Source: Myxococcota bacterium (GTDB lineage: Bacteria; Myxococcota_A; UBA796; GCA-2862545). From it: DNA of 14,087 bases. The first letter of the stretch is position 1; the number at the start of each line of letters is the position of its first letter. The position numbers and the translations under genes were made by a program. Where the stretch lies: positions 1 to 14,087 of the forward strand of contig JBCCQY010000197.1 of the NCBI GenBank assembly GCA_039208735.1, given 5' to 3'. Positions 1-7,676 of the stretch are shown here, one piece after another. The notes beneath the pieces are model-generated. The model was not told the origin of the DNA. It saw only the letters and a list, made by a program, of their open reading frames with translations, and made no database searches.

Positions 1-1
1 C

Positions 2-499
2 AAACGGATCCGCGGCCGGGGCCGCTTGTGCCTCGGCTTGCGGCGCGCTCTCGAGCCGGGCTCGCGCGCGCGCGGTGAAGTCCTGGAACACTTGGCTGGC
101 GATCCCGCGAACCAAGCCCCGACCAAAGCGAATGATCTTTCCGGCGAGCCCCACGTCCGCCAGCACGTCCACCCGAGTCCCCGTGTCGGTTTCCGTGATC
201 GAGCAGCTCATGTTCATCTTGACGATGCCCGCGCCGCCGCCTTCGCGACCTTCCCCTTTGAGCACCAACGTTCCCGCGGCCGGATCCTCGTCTTCGTAGA
301 CGGCCCACCCGTCGTAGGAGACTTTGACGGGGCCCACAGCAACACTGATCTTCCCGTCGAACTTGCCATCTGGATACATCTGCCCGAACGTCGCCCCTGG
401 CAGACAGGGAAAGCACTGCTCGGGGTCACGGAGAAAGTCGTAGACACGGTCCTTCGGCGCCGTGGTCTCGAACGACTCCTCGATCGTCATGCTGCTCAA
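2..499 (-). CDS. SRPBCC/CoxG-family protein (carbon monoxide dehydrogenase subunit G-like), 3' end runs off the window
   Basis: Not in the ORF track; translated by hand: (LSS)MTIEESFETTAPKDRVYDFLRDPEQCFPCLPGATFGQMYPDGKFDGKISVAVGPVKVSYDG...DVGLAGKIIRFGRGLVRGIASQVFQDF, then an Ala/Pro-rich tail. The 'L.DP....CLPGA', 'VGPVK..Y.G' and 'GK...FGRG' patterns are typical of CoxG. GGAGGA at 510-505 precedes TTG at 499; the alternative start is ATG at 490. Confidence 0.85.
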   Translation of the reverse strand, partial: MSSMTIEESFETTAPKDRVYDFLRDPEQCFPCLPGATFGQMYPDGKFDGKISVAVGPVKVSYDGWAVYEDEDPAAGTLVLKGEGREGGGAGIVKMNMSCSITETDTGTRVDVLADVGLAGKIIRFGRGLVRGIASQVFQDFTARARARLESAPQAEAQAAPAADPF

Positions 500-591
500 A
501 GCGGTCCTCCGCAATCCGTGGTCGCCAACGGTACCATGGGTGGCGCCCCTTCCGCGGCTGGTCCGACCGGGAGGGAGCCCGACGAGGTTTC

Positions 592-1401
592 ATGTCCGGA
601 TTGCGTGTGCTGATCGTCTTGCTCGGGGTCGCCTGTGCGTCGCGCAACGCCCCATCGGCGCAGGTTCCCGCGGCGCGGCCGTTGGCGGCGGCCGACTGCT
701 TGCAGGCCCACCCGCTTGGCGAACCGATCGAAACGGCTCCGCCCCCCACGGCCACGGTCATCGCACCGGGTCGATTCCTCTACATCGAGCCTTGGCCCCC
801 TGGCGAACCTGGGGAATCGAGAGAAGGCGCCATGTTCACCGGGCCCGCTCAAGCCTGGGTCGGCGTCGAAACCGCCGAGGGCATCTCCCGGTTTTGGCCA
901 CTCGCAGAGGTCCAAAACAGCGAACTCGACAATGGGACGGTCGAGGTCATCGAGGAGGTGGACCTCACGGGCGATGGGATCACCGAAATCGTGCTCGACG
1001 TGCGACTCGATGCCACCACGCCCGACGATGCACCATCCGAGACCAGCCGAACCACCCAAACCCAACGCCACATCTGGGACCCGGCGAACGCACGAACCCT
1101 CGCCCGGTTCACCACCCGGTGGCACTACGAGATGCTTCCGCCCGAACAATGCGACGAGTGGTGCATGGGCGACATCCTGGCCAGTGAAGCCGTGGAGGCC
1201 GGATTCGATTGTCGGTTTTGCGACGAGCAACCCAACGATGACGTTCAGCAAGACGTCGACTTCGATGGCACCACGGTGGTCGTGCACCCAAGCGTGATGC
1301 GTGTGGGAACCCGCGGCCTACCCGAACCGATGGCCCAGTGCCCCGAGGGTCGATTCACCTGGACCGAACAAGGTTTTGCGATCATTTCGCCTCGCGAATA
1401 G
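592..1401 (+). CDS. Putative lipoprotein of unknown function, acidic and Cys-rich (269 aa)
   Basis: GAGG upstream of the ATG. Signal peptide MSGLRVLIVLLGVA-C15 with a lipobox-like end. GC-rich third codon positions. Contains a DLTGDGITE Ca-binding-like loop and CDEWC / CRFC cysteine pairs. Confidence 0.75.
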   Translation: MSGLRVLIVLLGVACASRNAPSAQVPAARPLAAADCLQAHPLGEPIETAPPPTATVIAPGRFLYIEPWPPGEPGESREGAMFTGPAQAWVGVETAEGISRFWPLAEVQNSELDNGTVEVIEEVDLTGDGITEIVLDVRLDATTPDDAPSETSRTTQTQRHIWDPANARTLARFTTRWHYEMLPPEQCDEWCMGDILASEAVEAGFDCRFCDEQPNDDVQQDVDFDGTTVVVHPSVMRVGTRGLPEPMAQCPEGRFTWTEQGFAIISPRE

Positions 1402-1675
1402 TCACCGTCGGGCCCACAAAGCTGATGACCGAAATGCGAGCGTGTTTGCCGGGGCTCGGCGTCAGCAGCAAGCTTGCCGAACCACTCTCGCCACGGTGCA
1501 TCCAGCGTTTCGACGAGGCTCGGCTCAGGAACCTTCTTCGAGGGTTGCTGCATCTCCGTCTCATGCACGTAACGAGGCACCCCAACTCAACGATTTCGTG
1601 CTTTTCGATTCATCGATCGATGTAGCGTCTCCCAATCTGAATCAATCGACACGGGACGTAGTCGGGTGCAGTGGC

Positions 1676-2323
1676 TCACCTCACCGCAATCCAGTGGTTT
1701 TGCTGCCCGCCAAGCGGCAATGCTGCCGCCTGGTCCCGCTCCGCGATGTCGCGGCCGTCGTCTTCGGGCTCGAGGAGAATCTCTCGTGCGCGGACCAATC
1801 GGGTTAGTTCGGTGTCCAAGTCCGCGCGCGAGACCTCGCCGAGTTGTTCCCGCAAATCGGCCAGCTTGACCAGCGCCCCCGGACGATCCGCCAGCGCCCC
1901 GTAGACTTGACGAACTTGGGCTTCGAGGTCGTGGGCACGCCCCTTTGGCTTGGGGTCGTTCGTGCGGCCAAACACATCGGCCAACCCTAGGCTTTGCCGC
2001 TTCATGAAGCGCGCCAGATTGTTGAGCACCGCATACAAAGGGCCCTGGCCCTGGTGGCCCTTAGGCAGGTCCTGCGTCAGTTCCTGGCTCGCCCAGGCCC
2101 ACCCGCGGTCCGTCAGCTCGAATGTCGTCACCTTGCGCTGGGTGACCGGATTCTTCGCCAACCCTACCTCGATGAGGCCAGCGGCTTCGAGTTTCTGACG
2201 ACTCTTTCGCGAGAGGTCGAGCCGAAACTTCTCCTTCAGATCCACCGTGGACAACCGTGACGCTTCCGCCATCAGAGTCAGCATCACCCCGCGCTCACGC
2301 GGGGTGTAGTTCGTCGGGCTCAC
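1676..2323 (-). CDS. Hypothetical protein, probably two winged-helix-like domains (215 aa)
   Basis: Start moved from the track's 2497 to GTG at 2323, which follows a strong GGAGGAG RBS. The N-part has a MarR/wHTH-like pattern (RQKLEAAGLIEV...FELTDRGW). The C-part has a second helical wHTH-like pattern (VKLADLREQLGEVSRADLDTELTRL...ILLEP). Confidence 0.75.
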   Translation of the reverse strand: MSPTNYTPRERGVMLTLMAEASRLSTVDLKEKFRLDLSRKSRQKLEAAGLIEVGLAKNPVTQRKVTTFELTDRGWAWASQELTQDLPKGHQGQGPLYAVLNNLARFMKRQSLGLADVFGRTNDPKPKGRAHDLEAQVRQVYGALADRPGALVKLADLREQLGEVSRADLDTELTRLVRAREILLEPEDDGRDIAERDQAAALPLGGQQNHWIAVR

Positions 2324-2540
2324 CCTCTCCTCCAAGGAAACGTCGACGTCTCGCGACGGCCACGTAACGCTCCATTCTGGACAGAACGTCGTGGTGGTCC
2401 GACCGAACCTCCTGGTTTGTGAACCGGTGAACCGTGTAGCCCTGCGCGACTGGCTCATTGTCGCGTTGCCGGTCCCGGACAAATGGTTGTCGTTCATGCA
2501 GGCCCGATGTAATGCCCGGTGACGTGAATCCTATGGAGGA

Positions 2541-3665
2541 ATGGTGCGCCTGAACCTCGACGACTGGAAGCGCGACGCGCTGGACCGCCTCGAGCCTATG
2601 GTCGCGGACTACTACGCGGGAGGCGCACGAACCGAACGCACCTTGGCCGACAATCGCACGGCTTGGTCGCAGTGGCGACTTCGTCATCGCGTGCTCGTCG
2701 ATGTTGGCAACGTCGATCTGAGCTGCACCATCGCAGGTCAATCCCTGGATTGTCCCATCGTCGTGGCACCAACCGCGTTTCACGGGTTGGCCCATCCCGA
2801 TGGCGAAGCGGCGACGGCAGCGGGAGCATCGGCAGCGGGGTCTGCCCTGTGCCTGTCGACCCTTTCGAACACCCCGGTTGAAGACGTGGTGGCGGCGGCC
2901 AAGGGTGTTCCCGTCCTGTTTCAGCTCTACGTGTACCGCGACCGCGAGGCCACCCGGGCCATCGTGGATCGCGCCGCCGCCGCAGGATGCAAGGCCATTG
3001 TAGCCACGGTCGACGCGGCCATCCTGGGTACCCGCGAGCGCGATGTACGCAATGGTTTTCACCTGCCGGCCCACCTTTCCCTTCCCAACGCCGCTCCGAG
3101 CGGCCGGAGCCTCGAGGCGGTGAGTGGCGATTCCGGGCTGGCCGCCTACGTCGGTTCCCAGCTCGACCGAACGCTCTCGTGGCGCGACCTCGAGTGGCTC
3201 CTCGACATTTCGAGTCTCCCGGTGATCGTAAAGGGGGTGGTTCGAGATGACGATGCGGCTCGGGCCGCGCAGATTGGCGTCGCGGGCATCGTGGTGAGCA
3301 ATCACGGGGGCCGGCAGCTCGACGGCGGAGTGCCCACGGCAGAAGCGCTGCCTGAGGTGGTCGATGCGGTGGCAGGACGATGCCCCGTGTGGGTCGATGG
3401 CGGATTGCGTCGGGGAACGGACGTGCTCAAGGCCCTCGCCCTTGGGGCAGACGCAGTTCTTGTGGGACGTCCTGTTCTTTGGGGCCTCAGCGTGGACGGG
3501 GCCCACGGCGTTCGCGACGTGCTGAAACAGCTCGACGGCGAGCTGCGGGAGGCCATGGCCCTGGCGGGGGCTCCCCGGTTGCGCGACGTGACACGAGACC
3601 TCGTGCGCGGACCGCCCATGGGCGCCCCCTGGGCGGACCGGGCGGCCGAGTCCACCTCCACGTAA
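2541..3665 (+). CDS. FMN-dependent alpha-hydroxy-acid oxidase/dehydrogenase (glycolate/lactate oxidase family)
   Basis: Family motifs present: YYAGGA, APTAFH, FQLYV, TVD, GTRERD, VKG, the signature SNHGGRQLD, DGGLRRGTDVLKALALGA and GRP. GGAGGA directly upstream. Confidence 0.96.
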   Translation: MVRLNLDDWKRDALDRLEPMVADYYAGGARTERTLADNRTAWSQWRLRHRVLVDVGNVDLSCTIAGQSLDCPIVVAPTAFHGLAHPDGEAATAAGASAAGSALCLSTLSNTPVEDVVAAAKGVPVLFQLYVYRDREATRAIVDRAAAAGCKAIVATVDAAILGTRERDVRNGFHLPAHLSLPNAAPSGRSLEAVSGDSGLAAYVGSQLDRTLSWRDLEWLLDISSLPVIVKGVVRDDDAARAAQIGVAGIVVSNHGGRQLDGGVPTAEALPEVVDAVAGRCPVWVDGGLRRGTDVLKALALGADAVLVGRPVLWGLSVDGAHGVRDVLKQLDGELREAMALAGAPRLRDVTRDLVRGPPMGAPWADRAAESTST

Positions 3666-3692
3666 ATCCAAGGTTTCACCGAGCAGGATTCG

Positions 3693-3707
3693 TGGCACGC
3701 AACTTGC
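3693..3707 (+). promoter_or_regulatory. Sigma-54 (RpoN) -24/-12 promoter
   Basis: TGGCACG-CAAC-TTGC matches the TGGCACG-N4-TTGC consensus exactly. It is intergenic and correctly oriented, with predicted +1 near 3719, SD GGAGGA at 3729-3734 and ATG at 3738. Confidence 0.85.
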
Positions 3708-3737
3708 GCTGTCCCCGAGGGCAACCCCGGAGGACCC

Positions 3738-6194
3738 ATGCGCTCCCTGCCTTTCTTGCTGCCCCTTGCCGCCCTCGTGGGGTGCCCTTCGTCCGGTCCC
3801 GATCCGGAACCCGGTGAAACCACACCTTTGGGCGAGGCCACCCCATTGTCCCAGGACGAGTACGACCGGCTCGCTGAGGCCGGGGAGTTCTTCGATGTCG
3901 GAGAGGTGGACCCCGCCGCCGAGGCCGAACGCAGGGAACGTCTGTTCACCGAGGCCCAGGAGAACATCGCCGACCACCTTGCCGAATATCCTGAAGATGG
4001 GCCACTCTTCGACCCCGTCGTCGAGGTGGGTACAGCCCAAGAACTTCCGGACGGAAACCTCAAGGTCGACGTTGGCCGGGGCATTCCTGTCGTACTTCAG
4101 GGCAAGGGCCGGATGGCGCTTCAGGATGCCACGGTCCTCGAGCGGTTCCTCGAGCGTGAGAACCAAGATCAGCTCTATGAGTTGCTCTCCAATCTCCTGC
4201 CGAACTTTTGTGACCCGTTGCGACTCCCCGACCGCACGCGGGCCTCCTTGACCCCCGAGGGCTTGCACGAGCACAACCAGCAGATGGCCGACTGCATCAC
4301 CGAACTGCACACCTTTGCGACCCCCTTTGAACACGACGCCACGCGAACGACTCAGTCAGGGCCGCAAGATGACGAGATCACTCCGACCAACACAGGCACG
4401 TGCGAAGCCGGGGCGTACCTCATTCGCGACGGTGACGGCAATGACTTTCGGTCGAGCTGCGACGGGGGGCCTGACCATCCCTTCATCCGAAATTACCTCC
4501 ACTACGGCCGTCTGCCCGCGGTGACCGACCAGATGAATCGGGGTACTTGCGTGGCGTTCGCGACGTCATCCGCCATCGAGTATTCCATTGCCCGCCGAGA
4601 AAACGAACGGATCAACCTCTCGGAACAAAACGTCTATTCCATTGGGAAGTGGGACTTCAACGGCGACCACTTTGGCGACGGACTCAACACCGCGAGCTTC
4701 CTCGAAGACCTCGTAAGCTCTGGCGCTACGCTGACTTACGAGACATCCTGGGGCTACAACCCCGCGGTTTGTCGCCAGGAAATCGGGGACGAACAAGGCT
4801 ACCTCGACTCCTGTGTGCATTACGAAAATGATGCGTGCAGCGAGACGGCCCACCAATTGGGGCTGTACCAGCTGCCCGATGGCCAGGTGAGCCTGTACCG
4901 GCCCCAGAGCTTAGGTGACGGCGCAACCGTGCAACTCGACCGGGCCACGTCGCTTCCTGGAGGGTTCTTCGTGCCCACCTTTGCGAGTGTGGTGGATGCT
5001 GCTTCGGCTGCAGGCTTTGGCGTGGTCCTCTCGGTTCAGGTGACCAACGACTGGAACGGTGGCAACCTGAACGGCGGCTTCATCGGCAATGTGGATGACA
5101 CCGTGCGGGGGGGCCATGCGGTCCAGCTTGTGCGTGTAGTGTGGGATTCCAACGCCCCAGGCGGCGGCTGGATGGTCATTAAGAACTCATGGGGATGTGG
5201 TTGGGGCGATGCAGGCTACGGCTTCTTCTCCCTCGATTGGGCTCGTGGGCATGTCCGCTCGATGAACATCATCGAACCGCGCCGAGACGTCTTCAATACG
5301 TTTCCTGAAGTGGTCATCACAAGCCCGGCCGACGGTCTCACCGAGCCCTTCGTTCTTGGGTTTGGTGGCGGAAATCCCGTTACGCTCCGCGCCAATGTGA
5401 CCGACGACGAATCGGACTGTTGCGATGTGTCATGGTTCTCGGACCGTGATGGTGACTTGGGAACCGGCAACCCGTTGAACGTCAACCTCAACACGTCAGG
5501 AGTCCACGAGATTACGGCGACCGTGCGGGATGGCTATGGCGTTGCGGCGAGCGACCGTATCACCGTCGAACTCACCAACCAGGCCCCCATTGTCGAAATC
5601 ACCCGACCGGTGGCTGACCCGGGCCCCTACCAGTGGATTGGGCCTCGGGTCCCTCGCGGGGCACGCATCCCGCTGCTTGGCGAAGCGACCGACCCGAACA
5701 ACCTCTTCTTTGGTCCCCCCTGTGAAGACCGCGACTGGTATGTCGACGGGCTGTTGTACGGTGCGGGATGCAGCATTGCGGTCACGCTGAACCAGCTTGG
5801 TTTCCAACGGGTGCTGCACACGGCAGAAGATGCCGAGGGAGCGACCGGCGAAGACACCCAGTGGGTGCGCGTGGTGGACTGGGGAGCCCAGAGCCTTCCT
5901 TGGGCCAAGGTCGTCTATCCGCCAGGGAGCGACTTCGGAATGTGGAACTTCGAAACCATCGTCATCGATGGATCGGTGTTCTCGGGTACCGACACCACCC
6001 CCACCGTAAAGTGGACGCTGCGAGATCGTTACTTCGACCGGTCGTTCGACCTTGGGACGTCTCCCTCCTTCGAGTTCAGCCCCATTCCCGACGGTATTCC
6101 TACGGGATCCTACGACCTCGAACTCGAGGTCACCGACCCCAATGGCACGAGCGTCGACATCGTGCCGATCAGCATCATCGCGCCCCCCAACTAA
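3738..6194 (+). CDS. Lipoprotein papain-family (C1A) cysteine peptidase with C-terminal Ig/PKD-like repeats (818 aa)
   Basis: Lipobox LVG-C16. DQMNRGTCVAFA carries the oxyanion Gln and catalytic Cys271. Also NLSEQ, GGHAV (His460) and IKNSWGCGWGDAGY (Asn483). About 240 aa of N-terminal pro-region precede the catalytic domain, and three beta-rich repeats follow from about 5295. Confidence 0.92.
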   Translation: MRSLPFLLPLAALVGCPSSGPDPEPGETTPLGEATPLSQDEYDRLAEAGEFFDVGEVDPAAEAERRERLFTEAQENIADHLAEYPEDGPLFDPVVEVGTAQELPDGNLKVDVGRGIPVVLQGKGRMALQDATVLERFLERENQDQLYELLSNLLPNFCDPLRLPDRTRASLTPEGLHEHNQQMADCITELHTFATPFEHDATRTTQSGPQDDEITPTNTGTCEAGAYLIRDGDGNDFRSSCDGGPDHPFIRNYLHYGRLPAVTDQMNRGTCVAFATSSAIEYSIARRENERINLSEQNVYSIGKWDFNGDHFGDGLNTASFLEDLVSSGATLTYETSWGYNPAVCRQEIGDEQGYLDSCVHYENDACSETAHQLGLYQLPDGQVSLYRPQSLGDGATVQLDRATSLPGGFFVPTFASVVDAASAAGFGVVLSVQVTNDWNGGNLNGGFIGNVDDTVRGGHAVQLVRVVWDSNAPGGGWMVIKNSWGCGWGDAGYGFFSLDWARGHVRSMNIIEPRRDVFNTFPEVVITSPADGLTEPFVLGFGGGNPVTLRANVTDDESDCCDVSWFSDRDGDLGTGNPLNVNLNTSGVHEITATVRDGYGVAASDRITVELTNQAPIVEITRPVADPGPYQWIGPRVPRGARIPLLGEATDPNNLFFGPPCEDRDWYVDGLLYGAGCSIAVTLNQLGFQRVLHTAEDAEGATGEDTQWVRVVDWGAQSLPWAKVVYPPGSDFGMWNFETIVIDGSVFSGTDTTPTVKWTLRDRYFDRSFDLGTSPSFEFSPIPDGIPTGSYDLELEVTDPNGTSVDIVPISIIAPPN
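5295..6180 (+). repeat. Three protein-level Ig/PKD-like repeats (about 95-105 aa each)
   Basis: Units start at about 5295 (NTFPEVVITSP), 5577 (NQAPIVEITRP) and 5898 (PWAKVVYP). Each has a central Trp and ends in a G-x3-hydrophobic...D-x2-G pattern (GVHEITATVRDGYG / GFQRVLHTAEDAEG / GSYDLELEVTDPNG). Confidence 0.75.
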
Positions 6195-6265
6195 TCCGTC
6201 ACCGCACTGACGCCCTCGTCCGATTCGCGAAGAAGATGTAGTAGGACCACGACCGAGGAGTTTGC

Positions 6266-7669
6266 ATGTTGACAACGCTAGGCGACACCCGCGAAGAGAC
6301 CGTACATGGTGACGCAGCCACGCCGCGACGGCCTGGAGGCCTTCAGCTCCTGGTCGCGTGGTGTCGCGAAGACCCCTCGCGCGTTGGCGAGGTGTTCGAT
6401 GTCCTACCAGGTTCGTCCTGCGTCATCGGGCGCTCTTCGGGCCCCGACACCGCATCCTTGGTTCAGCGCCGCCCCGGCCGGGACGAGCCTCGGCCACCGC
6501 TCACGGAAACCCGTCTGAGCAAACGTCACCTTGAACTTCGCGCCGTAGGCCAACAATGGATCGAAATCACGCGACACGGTCGGAATTCCGTCATCGTGGA
6601 CGGCCAGGCGTTGGCGGCCGATGGGTCCTGTCGCGTCACCGAAGGCAGCCTCTTGAAGCTCGCCAATACACTGCTGCTCTATGTTTCGCTGCGGGAGACC
6701 CCGTCTGGCGAAGGGGACCATGCGTTTGGTGAGCCTGATGAGCACGGCATCGTCGGCGAGTGCGAGGCCACCTGGACGCTGCGGCGGAACCTTGCCTTTG
6801 TCGCCGCGCGACGAGGTCACGTGTTGATTCGTGGCGAATCCGGTACGGGCAAGGAACTCGCCGCACGAGCTTTGCACCACGGTTCCTCTCGTCGCCAAGG
6901 CCCATTTGTCTCGCGCAACGCCGCCACGGTTCCCGAGACCCTCATCGATGCCGAGGTATTTGGGAACGTTCGCAATTACCCCAATCCCGGCATGTCCGAC
7001 CGGCCCGGTCTTGTCGGCGCGGCCGATGGGGGCACCCTGTTTCTCGATGAAGTGGGCGAACTGCCCGAGGCCCTCCAAACCCATTTGCTGCGCGTGATGG
7101 ACCGTGGCGAATACCAGCGCTTGGGAGAGTCCCGCGTTCGCGTCGCTGACCTGCGTGTGGTGGGGGCGACCAACCGTCCCCTCACCGATCTTCGCGGTGA
7201 CCTGCAGGCTCGTTTCGCCCTCAAGGTCAACCTCCCGCCCTTGCGCGAGCGTCCCGCCGCGATTCCCCTGATCCTAAGGCACATCGCCCGCTTGCGGGCC
7301 CACGAAGATCGCGAACTCGGCCAACGCATCCACGACGAACGAGGCGAGCCTCGCATCGCCTGTGACTTCGTCGAAGCCCTGATGCGCAACGCCCTACCGG
7401 CCAACGTCCGCGAAGTGGAAGGGCTTTTCTGGGAGGCCGTGGCCGCAACTGAGCCCGGCGAACCCCTCGATAGCCCCAAGAAGGCACCTCCGGCCCCTTC
7501 TGAACCCGCATCACCGACGCGGCACCCAAGCGACATCACCGAAACCGAACTTCGCGAGACGCTTTCCATCAACGGAGGCAATCGCGAAGCCACCTGGCGC
7601 GCCCTCCGCCTGCGGAGCCGCTATCAACTACGTCGATTGATGCAGCGGTATGGTCTGCAGGACGTTTGA
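6266..7669 (+). CDS. FHA-domain NtrC-like enhancer-binding protein (FHA-AAA+-Fis HTH), atypical: no GAFTGA
   Basis: GAGGAG RBS. FHA motifs VIGR, LSKRH and GRNSVIVDG. Walker A GESGTGKE, Walker B LFLDEVGE, YQRLGE, GATNR, RGDLQARF, PPLRER and PANVREV. C-terminal HTH GGNREATWRALRLRSRYQLRRLMQRYGL. Confidence 0.93.
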   Translation: MLTTLGDTREETVHGDAATPRRPGGLQLLVAWCREDPSRVGEVFDVLPGSSCVIGRSSGPDTASLVQRRPGRDEPRPPLTETRLSKRHLELRAVGQQWIEITRHGRNSVIVDGQALAADGSCRVTEGSLLKLANTLLLYVSLRETPSGEGDHAFGEPDEHGIVGECEATWTLRRNLAFVAARRGHVLIRGESGTGKELAARALHHGSSRRQGPFVSRNAATVPETLIDAEVFGNVRNYPNPGMSDRPGLVGAADGGTLFLDEVGELPEALQTHLLRVMDRGEYQRLGESRVRVADLRVVGATNRPLTDLRGDLQARFALKVNLPPLRERPAAIPLILRHIARLRAHEDRELGQRIHDERGEPRIACDFVEALMRNALPANVREVEGLFWEAVAATEPGEPLDSPKKAPPAPSEPASPTRHPSDITETELRETLSINGGNREATWRALRLRSRYQLRRLMQRYGLQDV

Positions 7670-7676
7670 GGAGCAC

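Noticed and set aside
541..555. Second sigma-54-like site TGGCGCC-CCTT-CCGC upstream of the lipoprotein gene
   Set aside because: The GG-N10-GC spacing is right, but the TT of the -12 element is missing and there are four mismatches. This is too weak in GC-rich DNA.
26..613. 195-aa plus-strand ORF
   Set aside because: It is the codon-aligned antisense shadow of the CoxG-like gene.
462..1297. ORFs 462..1187(+), 496..1287(-) and 635..1297(+)
   Set aside because: They overlap the lipoprotein frame, which has an RBS and a signal peptide. They are Arg/Pro-rich off-frame or antisense translations.
2324..2497. N-terminal extension of the wHTH ORF; similar extensions at 7650, 9740, 13411 and 13788
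   Set aside because: Internal starts with a clear SD or tight coupling to the upstream stop fit better, and they remove overlaps with neighbouring genes or their RBS.
2295..4334. 679-aa minus-strand ORF
   Set aside because: It lies antisense to the oxidase and C1A genes, which carry clear motifs. It has no motifs of its own and is a typical high-GC shadow ORF.
5107..5113. G7 run next to the catalytic His codon as a phase-variation tract
   Set aside because: It is short, in frame and explained by Arg-Gly-Gly codons.
6197..6212. Small hairpin CGTCA-ccgcac-TGACG after the C1A gene as a terminator
   Set aside because: It has only a 5-bp stem and no U-tract.
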